Of a stretch of 64,000 nucleotides of DNA, positions 25,162 to 34,011 are shown piece after piece. Source of the stretch: Chloroflexota bacterium (GTDB lineage: Bacteria; Chloroflexota; Dehalococcoidia; JAUQQI01); the NCBI GenBank assembly GCA_040289115.1, contig PSKS01000003.1:35515-99514 (forward strand). The letters are read 5' to 3'. Both the position numbers and the translations under genes were made by a program. The notes under the pieces are model-generated. The model saw nothing but the letters and a program-made list of their open reading frames with translations, did not search any database and was not told the DNA's origin. Every line of letters begins with the position of its first letter. The first letter of the stretch is position 1.

Positions 25162-26159
25162 GTCCCGTCGGTCCGGTAACGGTCAACGACCACCTTGATG
25201 GCCGCGGCCGCAGGGACCGCCAGTACCACCCCTAAAAGCCCGGCCAAGACCCCGCCGCATAGAACCGCAAAGAGGGTCAAGACCGGGTGAAGTCCAGTCG
25301 CCCGCCCTAGCACTATGGGAATCACTAACTGGTCTTCCATTTGTCGTAGAACGAGGTAGCTGAGAAGAATAGCGGCGGCTGCCTCCGGTCCGTGCTGGGC
25401 TAGGCCAAGTCCGGCCGCCAGGACAGCCGCGGCCGCCGGCCCGACAAAGGGGACTACCTCCAGCAGGCCAGTGAGCAGGGCCACGGCCAGGGCGTAGCGC
25501 AGGTTAAATCCGAACTTTAAGACCATATAAGTGACGGCGGCCATAAAAAGCACCAGGAAGAGCTGACCCCGCAGGTAACGGCCAAAAACCCGGTGAACGG
25601 GCCTAGCCAGGGCCGAAACCTCAGTCCTTACCTCCCCGGGCAGAAGCGCCAGCGCCCCGGCGGCCAGGCGCCGGCCGTCCAGCAACAAGTAGAAAGCCAC
25701 CACTAGGGTCAAAAAACTGCCCAATATAGTCTCCAGTAGGGCGGCGGCCACCTGGAGAGCTTCCCGGGGCTCACCCGCGAAGGCCTCGGCCGTTCGGACC
25801 AAGTAAAGGCCCAGGGCCCGGGCGGTAAGGGGCCGGCCGAAGAGGTCCAGCTCCGGGCTGCCGAAAAGCCGCAGGAAGACCGCCTCCAAAATCTCCGGCC
25901 CGTGCCGAGTCAGCTCCTGGGCCTCAATCCCCAGTAGGGGGATCAGCACCGCCGCCAGGCCCGCGAGGACGCCCAGGAACACGAGGTAGACCGCCACAAC
26001 CGCCGCGGCACGGGGCACCCTGAGCCACCGGCCCAGCGCCCCGACCGCCGGGTCAAGCAGGTACGCCAGCACCGTTCCCAAGATGAAAGGCGGCAGAATC
26101 GGCCTCACCAGGTAAAGAAAGGCCGCCGCAGCCCCGATCAGCCACCAGTGGCGGCTCAA
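25158..26159 (-). CDS. AI-2E family transporter (PerM/UPF0118)
   Basis: 333 aa, multi-TM, with C-terminal LGLVLAVPAAAAIKVV typical of the family. Confidence 0.85.
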   Translation of the reverse strand: MSRHWWLIGAAAAFLYLVRPILPPFILGTVLAYLLDPAVGALGRWLRVPRAAAVVAVYLVFLGVLAGLAAVLIPLLGIEAQELTRHGPEILEAVFLRLFGSPELDLFGRPLTARALGLYLVRTAEAFAGEPREALQVAAALLETILGSFLTLVVAFYLLLDGRRLAAGALALLPGEVRTEVSALARPVHRVFGRYLRGQLFLVLFMAAVTYMVLKFGFNLRYALAVALLTGLLEVVPFVGPAAAAVLAAGLGLAQHGPEAAAAILLSYLVLRQMEDQLVIPIVLGRATGLHPVLTLFAVLCGGVLAGLLGVVLAVPAAAAIKVVVDRYRTDGT

Positions 26160-27508
26160 TCTCCCCCGGCCTGCCCCCAGCCCGGCAAGAAAACCACGTC
26201 TAGCCTCGGGTCGTGGCCCAGCAGGCCGACGTATCGGGCCCAGGCGATGGCCGTCTCCAGCTGCCGGCCCGCCTCGGCCCGACTAAAGACCTGCTCCAGC
26301 CGAGACCGAAAGACCTGGGCGAGAATCCGGTGCCGGGGACTCGCCTGGAGGGCCTCCATCAGGTCCCGGATCAGCTCCACCCGGTCTAGGAGCTGGCGGC
26401 GCAGGATGCTCCGGCGACCTTCCGGGTCGGCCACGGCCAATTTCCGACCGGCCTCGGTCAGCAGCACATCCCCCTCCACCACCTCCACCAAGTCCAGCAG
26501 GTCGGCGGCTTCCACCACCGGCAAGAGGTCACCGGCCTCGAGGCCCAGATCCTCTGCCAGCCGGTAAAGGTCTTCCCGGCCGCCCCGGGCCCGGACTTGC
26601 TCCACTAATCCGGCCACCTGCCCCAAAGAGACATGGGGAAGCATCTGGTAAACGGGGGGCGCCTCGGCCGGTACTTCCGGTTGCCCCACAGCGGACACCA
26701 GGGTCTCAGCCGCCGGGCTGGTCATGACCCGGTAGACCACGTCCACCAGGGCCGCCCGCTCCGGGCCCCGGACCTGCCGCAAGTCAGGGGGCAGTCCCGG
26801 AAGCTCCAGCCGAACCCGGGCCGGGTTTGCCCCTAGGATCACGATTCGGTCCGCCAGGGCCGCGGCCTCATCGATGTTGTGGGTCACCATCAGGACGGCC
26901 CGGGTCGGCAGCCGCCGCCCAACCCATAACTCGAAAAACTCCCGCCTCAGGTTCTCGGCCGTAAGCACATCCAAGGCTGAGAAGGGCTCGTCCATGAGCA
27001 GCACTTCCGGACCCACCGCTAGGGCCCGGGCAAAACCCACCCGCTGGCGCATTCCGCCTGAAAGCTCCCGGGGGTAGGCCGTTTCAAAACCCTTAAGGCC
27101 CACCAGCTCCACCATCTCCCGAGCCCGCTGCTCCCGGCTCCAGCGGGGAATACCCCGGGCCAGCAGGCCGAGTTCCACGTTTCCCAGCACGGTAAGCCAG
27201 GGGAAGAGGGCAAAGGTTTGAAAGACCATAGCCACCGCCGGGTTAACCCCCCGCAGGGGCTCACCCCGGACCAGCACCTGCCCTCTGGACGGTGGGACCA
27301 GACCCGCCAGGATGCGCAGCAGGGTCGATTTGCCGCAGCCCGAAGGCCCCAGCAGGGCCACAAATTCGCCCTCGGAAAGCTCCAGGCTAACCCGGTCCAG
27401 AATGAGGACGGGCTGACCGTCGCCGTAGATTTTAGTGACCTGGTCGGCTTTGAGCAAGGGCACCGGCATGGTTCTAGTCGAGCCGGAATCGGGCCTCAGC
27501 CCAACCAT
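26156..27508 (-). CDS. ABC transporter ATP-binding protein (nitrate/sulfonate/bicarbonate type) with C-terminal extension
   Basis: 450 aa with Walker A GPSGCGKST, signature LSGGMRQR and Walker B LLMDEP. A ~190-aa C-terminal domain follows. An alternative start is ATG 27469. Confidence 0.85.
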   Translation of the reverse strand: MVGLRPDSGSTRTMPVPLLKADQVTKIYGDGQPVLILDRVSLELSEGEFVALLGPSGCGKSTLLRILAGLVPPSRGQVLVRGEPLRGVNPAVAMVFQTFALFPWLTVLGNVELGLLARGIPRWSREQRAREMVELVGLKGFETAYPRELSGGMRQRVGFARALAVGPEVLLMDEPFSALDVLTAENLRREFFELWVGRRLPTRAVLMVTHNIDEAAALADRIVILGANPARVRLELPGLPPDLRQVRGPERAALVDVVYRVMTSPAAETLVSAVGQPEVPAEAPPVYQMLPHVSLGQVAGLVEQVRARGGREDLYRLAEDLGLEAGDLLPVVEAADLLDLVEVVEGDVLLTEAGRKLAVADPEGRRSILRRQLLDRVELIRDLMEALQASPRHRILAQVFRSRLEQVFSRAEAGRQLETAIAWARYVGLLGHDPRLDVVFLPGWGQAGGD

Positions 27509-29198
27509 ATAGGCGGCGCCAGAAAAGCCGGTTAAGACTTACCACTATAAAGGCCATCAGGATAGTCCCGGCCAGGAGGCCGGCCGTATCTCCGGTTTCC
27601 GCCCGGCTAACAATAAAGGAGCCCAGGCCCACCGTCCGGTAAGTCTCCCCGCCGAAGCTGACGTATTCCCCCACCACCGTGGCGTTCCAGGCGGCCCCGG
27701 CCGCGGTGATGAGACCGGTCACCAGGTGGGGAAAGATCCCGGGCAACAGCAACCGGCGCCACCGGACCCACCCGCCGAGCCGGAAAATCTCGGCCGCATC
27801 CAGGAGGTCCCCCGGTATCGTCAAGGCGCCGGCTACCACGTTAAAAAGTACGTACCACTGGCTTCCCAGCAACATCAAGAACACGGCGGCCAACTCTATC
27901 CCGGCCGGGAGGCGGATAACCAGCAGGACCACTGCCGGGAAGAGGGCCGTGGCCGGGACGGAGGCCGCCAGCTGAACCAAAGGAAGAACTCGGGCGCCAA
28001 GCTCCCGCCGGAGCCCCACCCCGACCCCCACCGGGACCGCCCAGGCCGCGGCAACGGCCAAAACTAACAAGACCCGGGCGAAGCTGGCCCCAGCTCCGGC
28101 CGCCAGTTCGACCCAGTCGGCCGGGCCCAGTCCCAGGAGCAGCTGGGCCGCCTCCGCCAAACCCCAGCCGACTCCGGCCGCAGCCCCTAGCCCCGCTCCC
28201 ACCCAAAACCACCGGCGCCGGCCCGGCTTTTCGGCCTTGCTCGGTCTGGGCATTCGGGTTTCCAGCCACTGAAAAAGCTGGTTGCAGGCCTCATCCAGAA
28301 GGCCCACTGCCGGTCGCAAAATCGCGCGCAAAACCCAGCCGACCAGGGCCGACCGCCGGAGCAGACCGAGCACCGGCGCCCCCGGTGGCCGAAGGCCCCC
28401 CGTTTGCTCGTACCGGAAGCGGTCGGCCCATTGAAGGAGGGGCCGCCAGAGCAGCTGGTCAACGGCCACCACCAGCCCGATTAAAGTTAAAAGGCCCAGC
28501 CCAAGCGCCCCCACCTCCCCCCGGTCGGCCGCCGTTCGCAGATATGCTCCTAGCCCCGGAAGCTTAAAAGATTGGGACCCAACGCCGAACTGCTCGGCGG
28601 CCATCAGGAAAAACCAACCGTTGGCCCAGCTCATGACCGAGTTTAGGATCAGGGGAATGAGGCCGAAGGGAAGCTCCAGGCGGGTGAACCGCAACCAGCC
28701 GTTCAGCCGGAAGCTGGTGGCCGCTTCCCTGAGCTCCTGCGGTATGCCAATGAGGGAGCCGTAAAAGCTGAATGCCAGGTTCCAGGCCTGCGAGGTAAAA
28801 ATTAAAAGGATGGCGGCCAGCTCCGGTCCCAGAAGGCTGCCGGGAAAGAGGGCGGTGGCCGCCAGGACGGCCGCCGGGAAAAAGGCCATGATGGGCACGC
28901 TCTGCAGAATGTCCAGGGCCGGTAACATCAGCCGCTCGGCCTGACGGTTCCCGGCGGCCACCCGGGCGTAGGATAGGCTGAAAGCCAGGGAGAGGCCGTA
29001 GGCAGCCAGCATTCGGCCTGCCGAAAGCAGGGCATATAGGGGCAGGGCCGCCGGCGAGAGGTCTATCTCGGCTGCTGGGGCCGCCACCCGGGAATACCGG
29101 GTAGCGGCCACCACCAGCCCATATGTGCCTGCCAATAGCCCACCTAAGATTACCAGGTCCGGCCACCTGTTGAGCAGCGGACGACCAAGACGAAGCAC
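27474..29198 (-). CDS. ABC transporter permease, duplicated (fused) permease domains
   Basis: 574 aa with two binding-protein-dependent permease modules. It lies upstream of the matching ATPase. Confidence 0.85.
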   Translation of the reverse strand: MLRLGRPLLNRWPDLVILGGLLAGTYGLVVAATRYSRVAAPAAEIDLSPAALPLYALLSAGRMLAAYGLSLAFSLSYARVAAGNRQAERLMLPALDILQSVPIMAFFPAAVLAATALFPGSLLGPELAAILLIFTSQAWNLAFSFYGSLIGIPQELREAATSFRLNGWLRFTRLELPFGLIPLILNSVMSWANGWFFLMAAEQFGVGSQSFKLPGLGAYLRTAADRGEVGALGLGLLTLIGLVVAVDQLLWRPLLQWADRFRYEQTGGLRPPGAPVLGLLRRSALVGWVLRAILRPAVGLLDEACNQLFQWLETRMPRPSKAEKPGRRRWFWVGAGLGAAAGVGWGLAEAAQLLLGLGPADWVELAAGAGASFARVLLVLAVAAAWAVPVGVGVGLRRELGARVLPLVQLAASVPATALFPAVVLLVIRLPAGIELAAVFLMLLGSQWYVLFNVVAGALTIPGDLLDAAEIFRLGGWVRWRRLLLPGIFPHLVTGLITAAGAAWNATVVGEYVSFGGETYRTVGLGSFIVSRAETGDTAGLLAGTILMAFIVVSLNRLFWRRLYGWAEARFRLD

Positions 29199-29245
29199 CA
29201 GTTCATTTCTCCCCTGGGAGGCTGGGATGCCGGGCCATTTTTGAC

Positions 29246-29284
29246 AACCTTAACATAAACACGAAACGTTTATGTTAAGGTTGG
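29246..29284. repeat. Perfect 16-bp AT-rich inverted repeat (palindrome family, solo copy B)
   Basis: CAACCTTAACATAAAC (29246-29261), loop ACGAAAC, GTTTATGTTAAGGTTG (29269-29284). It is flanked by TTGACA (29242-29247) and TGTCAA (29292-29297). Confidence 0.9.
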
Positions 29285-29304
29285 TATTTATGTCAAGAAT
29301 GTGG

Positions 29305-29496
29305 TCAGGAGGGTCGCTTCTCTTCCTCGGCCGTTCGCTCGGGTTCGCCGGAGGCCTCCCGCATCGAGCGGCGAAACTCCCGGACCGTATCCCCGAGGGC
29401 CCGGCCAATGTCGGGAAGCTTGCCTGGCCCGAAAAGGATGAGCACGATAAGCAAGATTACGAGCAGATGGGCAGGTTGAAAGAGACCTTCGATCAT
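29305..29496 (-). CDS. tatA: Twin-arginine translocase subunit TatA/E
   Basis: 63 aa. [35 protein letters not shown] is a canonical TatA N-terminus. Confidence 0.9.
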   Translation of the reverse strand: MIEGLFQPAHLLVILLIVLILFGPGKLPDIGRALGDTVREFRRSMREASGEPERTAEEEKRPS

Positions 29497-29652
29497 TTTC
29501 CCTACCCAGGATTTTCCGACGCGCCTCGCCTGGGGTCAAGCTTAAAATGGTTCTCCTGGGCTAAAAATTTTCTAAAAATTCGGCGCTTACCCGGGTATGA
29601 CTGCTGGGCTCGGCTTTAAATCTTAGTTAGAACCTTTAGTGGAGGGTCGGCT

Positions 29653-30231
29653 GTGGACCTGAATGAGCTTTTAACCAACCTTTTCGCGCCGGGTGTAAGC
29701 GTTATCGAAAAGATTCTCAGGCCCATTATCGTCTACGGTTTCCTGGTCCTGGCCCTGCGGGCCGGCGGCCGGCGGGAGCTGGCCCAGCTTAACTCCTTCG
29801 ACCTGGTGGTTCTGCTCACCATCTCCAACACGGTTCAGAACGCCATCATCGGCAACGACACTTCCCTCCTGGGCGGCCTCATCGGGGCCGCAACCCTCGT
29901 TTTGGTCAATGCCACCGTGGTTCGTTACCTCTACCGGCACCCGGACCTAGAGCGCAGGCTGGAAGGAGGTCCCGTCTGGCTGGTCCGGCATGGTCGGGTT
30001 ATTCCCGAGAATTTGCGCCGGGAGCTGATAACCGAGGAGGAGCTGCTAGCCGCGATCCGCCGCCAGGGAATCTCTTCGGTGGAGGAGTGCGACCAGGTGA
30101 TCCTGGAGGCAAGTGGGACCATCACCGTGATCCCCCACCGCCCTACCCCCGTGGAGGAGGTCCTGGCCCGACTGGACCGCCTGGAGGCCATGCTCAGCCG
30201 GCAGACCCGGGACCCGGCCAGCGGGGCTTAG
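29653..30231 (+). CDS. DUF421 (YetF-like) membrane protein
   Basis: 192 aa. GGRRELAQLNSFDLVVLLTISN matches the DUF421 pattern. Confidence 0.8.
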   Translation: MDLNELLTNLFAPGVSVIEKILRPIIVYGFLVLALRAGGRRELAQLNSFDLVVLLTISNTVQNAIIGNDTSLLGGLIGAATLVLVNATVVRYLYRHPDLERRLEGGPVWLVRHGRVIPENLRRELITEEELLAAIRRQGISSVEECDQVILEASGTITVIPHRPTPVEEVLARLDRLEAMLSRQTRDPASGA

Positions 30232-31234
30232 GCCTTTGCCAGAAGTGGGCCGCCGCCGTGATGGCCCACCCAAGAACGCCGCCCAGCAGATGTAGCGCCA
30301 CCGCGGCCACCAAGCTGGAAAGCTCCAGTTCCACCCGGTTCAGCCGCAAGGCTGGGGCAAACTCGGCAAAGGGGGCCACCAGCGGTTCGGTGAAAGCAAA
30401 TAAGAGGTTAATCAGGTATTGCCCCAGGCCACGGGTCTGCGGGGCCAGCATCACCAGGAAGAACCTGACCAGAAGCAGGGATGCAACCATGTCAGCCAGG
30501 GCGGATGCCAGGCGGGCGGCCCAGGGAACGGGCTGGTGGAGGGCATGGTAACGCCCTGGCCCGGGTATGGTTGATTTCAGGGCCAGGGCACCGGCCGCTC
30601 CCAGGAGAAAGCCGCCGGCGTGGGCCCAGAAAGCGGTACCGCCAGTAGCCGGAACCCTGGTTATGGCCGCCAGGCCGCTCAAAAGCTGGGTGACGAACCA
30701 GAAGGGTAAAAAGATTACCGCCGGAATCTCCACGGGGAGCAGGAAAAGAAAGGCCGGGACCAGGGCCACCACGGTGGCGGCCGGGTAGAAAACCAGGTAA
30801 GCCCCAAGCACCCCGGCGATGGCCCCGCTGGCCCCCACCATGGGGACTGTGGAGGTGGGGGTAATGGCCGCCTGAACCAGGGCGGCTCCTGCCCCGCAGG
30901 CCAGGTAAAAGCCCAAGTAAGGCAGGTGGCCCAGCCGGTCCTCGACGTTGTCGCCGAAAATCCACAGAAAAAGCATGTTCCCCAGCAGGTGGGCCCAGCC
31001 GGCGTGAAGGAACTGGTGGGTAAAAAGGGTAAGCCAAACCTCCCCGGGAACCCGGGGGTCGCCGGCCAGGGCCAGGAAGAGGAGCCGGGGTACCACGCCA
31101 TAGCGGCGGACCGCCCCGTCCAGGTGGGGCCCTAGGCTCAGCTCCCAGAGAAAGGCCAGGAGGCAGGCCCCAATGAGACCCAAGGTAACGTAGGAAGGCC
31201 GGCGGACCGGGACGGTGTCGGTCACCGGGATCAT
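30194..31234 (-). CDS. Rhomboid serine protease fused to a C-terminal YGGT-like domain
   Basis: The rhomboid motifs are HAGWAHLLGNMLFLWIFG and GASGAIAGVLGAY. The last ~100 aa (LLLVRFFLVML...FTEPLVAPF...VELELSSLVAAVAL) resemble YggT-family repeats. Confidence 0.8.
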   Translation of the reverse strand: MIPVTDTVPVRRPSYVTLGLIGACLLAFLWELSLGPHLDGAVRRYGVVPRLLFLALAGDPRVPGEVWLTLFTHQFLHAGWAHLLGNMLFLWIFGDNVEDRLGHLPYLGFYLACGAGAALVQAAITPTSTVPMVGASGAIAGVLGAYLVFYPAATVVALVPAFLFLLPVEIPAVIFLPFWFVTQLLSGLAAITRVPATGGTAFWAHAGGFLLGAAGALALKSTIPGPGRYHALHQPVPWAARLASALADMVASLLLVRFFLVMLAPQTRGLGQYLINLLFAFTEPLVAPFAEFAPALRLNRVELELSSLVAAVALHLLGGVLGWAITAAAHFWQRPKPRWPGPGSAG

Positions 31235-31396
31235 CTTGCCCTTCGACTTACGCTTTTCCAGGAGGGCCCGGCGGTAAGAACGCGCACAGGTAAGGCCGCA
31301 ACTTTTCCCATCACCGAAGCAGGGGGCGGCTCAGCCCCCACGGGGCTGATCCCAGACTGACCGCGGCCGGCGGGGCCGACAGGGGTGCCGCTCCGG

Positions 31397-32644
31397 TCAG
31401 GCTTCGGCCACCTCTAGCTTGAGGACCCGGCGCCGCACCCGCTTAAGGACCAGCATGGCAAGCAGAGCGGCCGTGAAGTCGAAGATGATGGCCAGCATAA
31501 AGATAGGCTCCCAGCTGCCGGTGAGCTCCCGCACCAAGCTGCCAATGGGCACCAGCAGCGAGGCCGTCCCCTTGGCCGTGTAAAGCAGGCCGTAGTTGGT
31601 GGTGGCGTACTTCCAGCCGAAGAGGTCCCCAACCGTAGCGGGAAAGAGGCTGTAGATTTCGCCCCAGGCAAAGAAGGTTAAACCCGTAAGGAGCACGAAG
31701 AGGACGGGGTTGTGGGCAAAGGCCAGCAGCAGGCTGATGGCTATCCCCTCCAAGGTGAAGGCGATGAACATGGTGTTCTCCCGGCCCAGGTGGTCAGAGA
31801 CCCAGCCGAAGAAGACCCGGGTTACGCCATTCATGACCCGGTCCAGGGATAGGGCCCACTGCAGGGCGGTTAAGGTTACCCCCAGGACGGGGAGGGGAAT
31901 ATCCGCCACCCGGTAATCCCGGGCCAGGGGTGCAATCTGGGCGGTCGCTAAAAGTCCCCCGGTGGCCATCATGGTCATCATCCCGTAAAGGAGCCAGAAG
32001 CGGCCGGTCCTAAGCATCTCGAAAGGGGTGTAATTGCGGCGGGTCTGCCAGACCTGAGGAGATGGCGGAATGGTCGAAAGCTCCTCGGGCCGGGGCGACC
32101 GGAGGAAAAGGGCCGTAAGGACGACGATAAGCCCCTGAAAGAGGCCAAAGTAAATAAAAGCCGCCTCATAACCGTAGCGCTCGATCACCAACGAGATGGG
32201 AATCACGGTAAGGGCTGAGCCGGCCCCGAACCCGGCAGCCGTAAGCCCGGCCGCCAGGCCCCGGCGGTCGGGGAACCACTTGAGGGCCGTCCCCATGGCC
32301 GTGCCGTAAACGATGCCGGCGCCGATCCCCGAAAGGATGCCCCCCAGGTAAAGCAGCTTAAGGTCCTGCGCGAAGGCATTGACGACCCAGGCAAGGCCCA
32401 CCAGGATGCCCCCGGCGGCGACGATAAGCCGGGGGCCAAACCTGTCCACCAGGTAAGCTTCAAAGGGGACCAGCCAGGTCTCCGTCAGCACGAAGAGGCT
32501 GAAGGTGACCTGGATAGCCGCCTGGCCCCAGCGGTACTTTTCGTTGATGGGGTTGACAAAGAGGGTCCAGCCGTACTGGTAGTTGGCGACCATTACCATT
32601 CCCAGCACCCCCAAGGCCAGCTGGAACCACCGCCGGTTCTGCAT
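31397..32644 (-). CDS. MFS transporter (oxalate/formate antiporter-like)
   Basis: 415 aa with 12 predicted TM segments. The N-terminus is MQNRRWFQLALGVLGMVMVANYQYGW. Confidence 0.85.
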   Translation of the reverse strand: MQNRRWFQLALGVLGMVMVANYQYGWTLFVNPINEKYRWGQAAIQVTFSLFVLTETWLVPFEAYLVDRFGPRLIVAAGGILVGLAWVVNAFAQDLKLLYLGGILSGIGAGIVYGTAMGTALKWFPDRRGLAAGLTAAGFGAGSALTVIPISLVIERYGYEAAFIYFGLFQGLIVVLTALFLRSPRPEELSTIPPSPQVWQTRRNYTPFEMLRTGRFWLLYGMMTMMATGGLLATAQIAPLARDYRVADIPLPVLGVTLTALQWALSLDRVMNGVTRVFFGWVSDHLGRENTMFIAFTLEGIAISLLLAFAHNPVLFVLLTGLTFFAWGEIYSLFPATVGDLFGWKYATTNYGLLYTAKGTASLLVPIGSLVRELTGSWEPIFMLAIIFDFTAALLAMLVLKRVRRRVLKLEVAEA

Positions 32645-32881
32645 CAGACACCTCCAGCTCAGAAGTCAGGCTTGGTCAGACTGCGCCGTCGGGCGGCAAA
32701 GGCCTTTCCCGGGTCCGGACTGGCCTGATGTTAATATTCCCTGGCTAAAAATGTTCTTAAAAAGCCAACCGGAAGCCTTAAATCCGGCTCAAAAATCCAC
32801 GGAGCAATTTCCTGGTAAGGGAGAAGGTTCGGGAGGTGCCGTCAACTACCGAGACCCAGCGGCTTTCCGTGCGGCCGACGG

Positions 32882-33130
32882 ATGAATAAAATCTTCGTGG
32901 GCTGGTGGGGAATAGATCCCCACGTGTTTCGCCGGACCTTTGCCACCAGGCTTTTGGGGGAGGCCGGGGCGGATCCCGTGGTGGCCCTTTAAGGGCACGA
33001 AACTCTTTCGACCGCGGCCCGCTACACGAAACCCTCGGCGCTAAAGCGGCAGGCCGCAAAAGTCATGGAAAGGCGCTTTGGCGAAGATTGCAACCGGATT
33101 CCAGCTGCGAAGCCGCCGGGGTCCGAATGA
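32882..33130 (+). pseudogene. Tyrosine recombinase/integrase C-terminal relic with in-frame stop
   Basis: Translation is ...GIDPHVFRRTFATRLLGEAGADPVVAL*GHETLSTAARYTKPS..., i.e. the box II HxxR...LGH...Y catalytic region. A TAA at 32990 interrupts it. About 250 N-terminal residues are missing. Confidence 0.7.
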
Positions 33131-33176
33131 CCACAATATATCGGGGTCAGATAAGCTTTAGAAGCCAAGATATCGG

Positions 33177-33249
33177 CTGGGGAGCCAGGATTCGAACCTG
33201 GGATCTCCTGATCCAGAGTCAGGCGTGTTACCAGCTACACCACTCCCCA
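33177..33249 (-). tRNA. tRNA-Gln (anticodon CUG)
   Basis: Minus strand: TGGGGAG acceptor, D-arm GTGT..ACAC, anticodon arm CCTGA-CTCTGGA-TCAGG, T-arm CCAGG-TTCGAAT-CCTGG, CTCCCCA-G. No CCA is encoded. Confidence 0.95.
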
Positions 33250-33260
33250 ATGCCAGCCAT

Positions 33261-33290
33261 ATTATATACACGGTCGACGGCGGCGGTCAA
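33261..33290 (-). promoter_or_regulatory. tRNA-Gln promoter: -35 from cassette end, local -10
   Basis: Minus strand TTGACC (33290..33285), 18 nt, TATAAT (33266..33261). The tRNA 5' end is 12 nt after the -10. Confidence 0.65.
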
Positions 33291-33592
33291 ACGCGTGTAT
33301 GGGTTCAACACATCTGGGACAAGGGGCATCCTTTCCGGGTGATCGGCTTTAAGATAACCAAGGGGACGGCCGCCAAAGGCGGCCCGGTGGGGCCGAACGG
33401 TACTCTGGGTTACCGCCCAGGCCCGCAAACTTGACGACTTTGACACAATCGCTTTAATTTTATGTCAAGTTTAGTTTCATCCGGAGGGATGCCCCTCGGG
33501 GTTTTTAAGTCAAGGTTTCGGCTGCCGGCCCGGCCGGTGTAATCGGCTGGGCCGGCCGGGCCGCTGTCTCAATTGTTTCTGAATTTACACAG
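33285..33592 (-). repeat. Intergenic cassette copy D (palindrome degenerated to TTGACA-N17-TGTCAA)
   Basis: Aligns with 4646-4942 (core 138/152). Its left ~90 nt overlap the 3' end and stop codon of CDS 33505..34011. Confidence 0.6.
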
Positions 33593-34011
33593 GTGCGCCC
33601 CAGAAGGATGGGGGCCAGGGTCTCGATGACCTCGGCCATGCGGCCCGCCACCCGTTCCGCCAGCTCCTCGGTCAGGGGCTCCAGCGGCCAGGTCTCGTGG
33701 AGGCGGGTCCAGCTGGAGGTCCACAGCTCCGGCTCAAAGCTTGGCCCAAGCCGGGCGCAGATGTCGAAAAAGTGGGCGTCGAACTCGGCCAGCCAGCGCC
33801 GGTTAGCCTCGGGGTCGGGTAGTTCGAAGTGGAGGCCCAGCTCGATCCGTTTGGCCCCGCCCAGGATCCAGACCTCGAAGTGGACCCTGGGGTCGTCGTA
33901 GTAGAATTTGACGAGGCTGGCCCCGTGCCGGACCTTGAAGCCGGCGAGCTCTGGGGGTAGCCGCCGGCGGATGGCCTCGGGTAGCGCGGCCAGAAACTGC
34001 CAGACCTTCAC
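33505..34011 (-). CDS. Hypothetical protein co-transcribed with glmS
   Basis: 168 aa. Its start overlaps the glmS stop by 4 nt. No domain recognised. The last ~28 codons lie inside cassette copy D. Confidence 0.7.
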   Translation of the reverse strand: MKVWQFLAALPEAIRRRLPPELAGFKVRHGASLVKFYYDDPRVHFEVWILGGAKRIELGLHFELPDPEANRRWLAEFDAHFFDICARLGPSFEPELWTSSWTRLHETWPLEPLTEELAERVAGRMAEVIETLAPILLGRTCVNSETIETAARPAQPITPAGPAAETLT

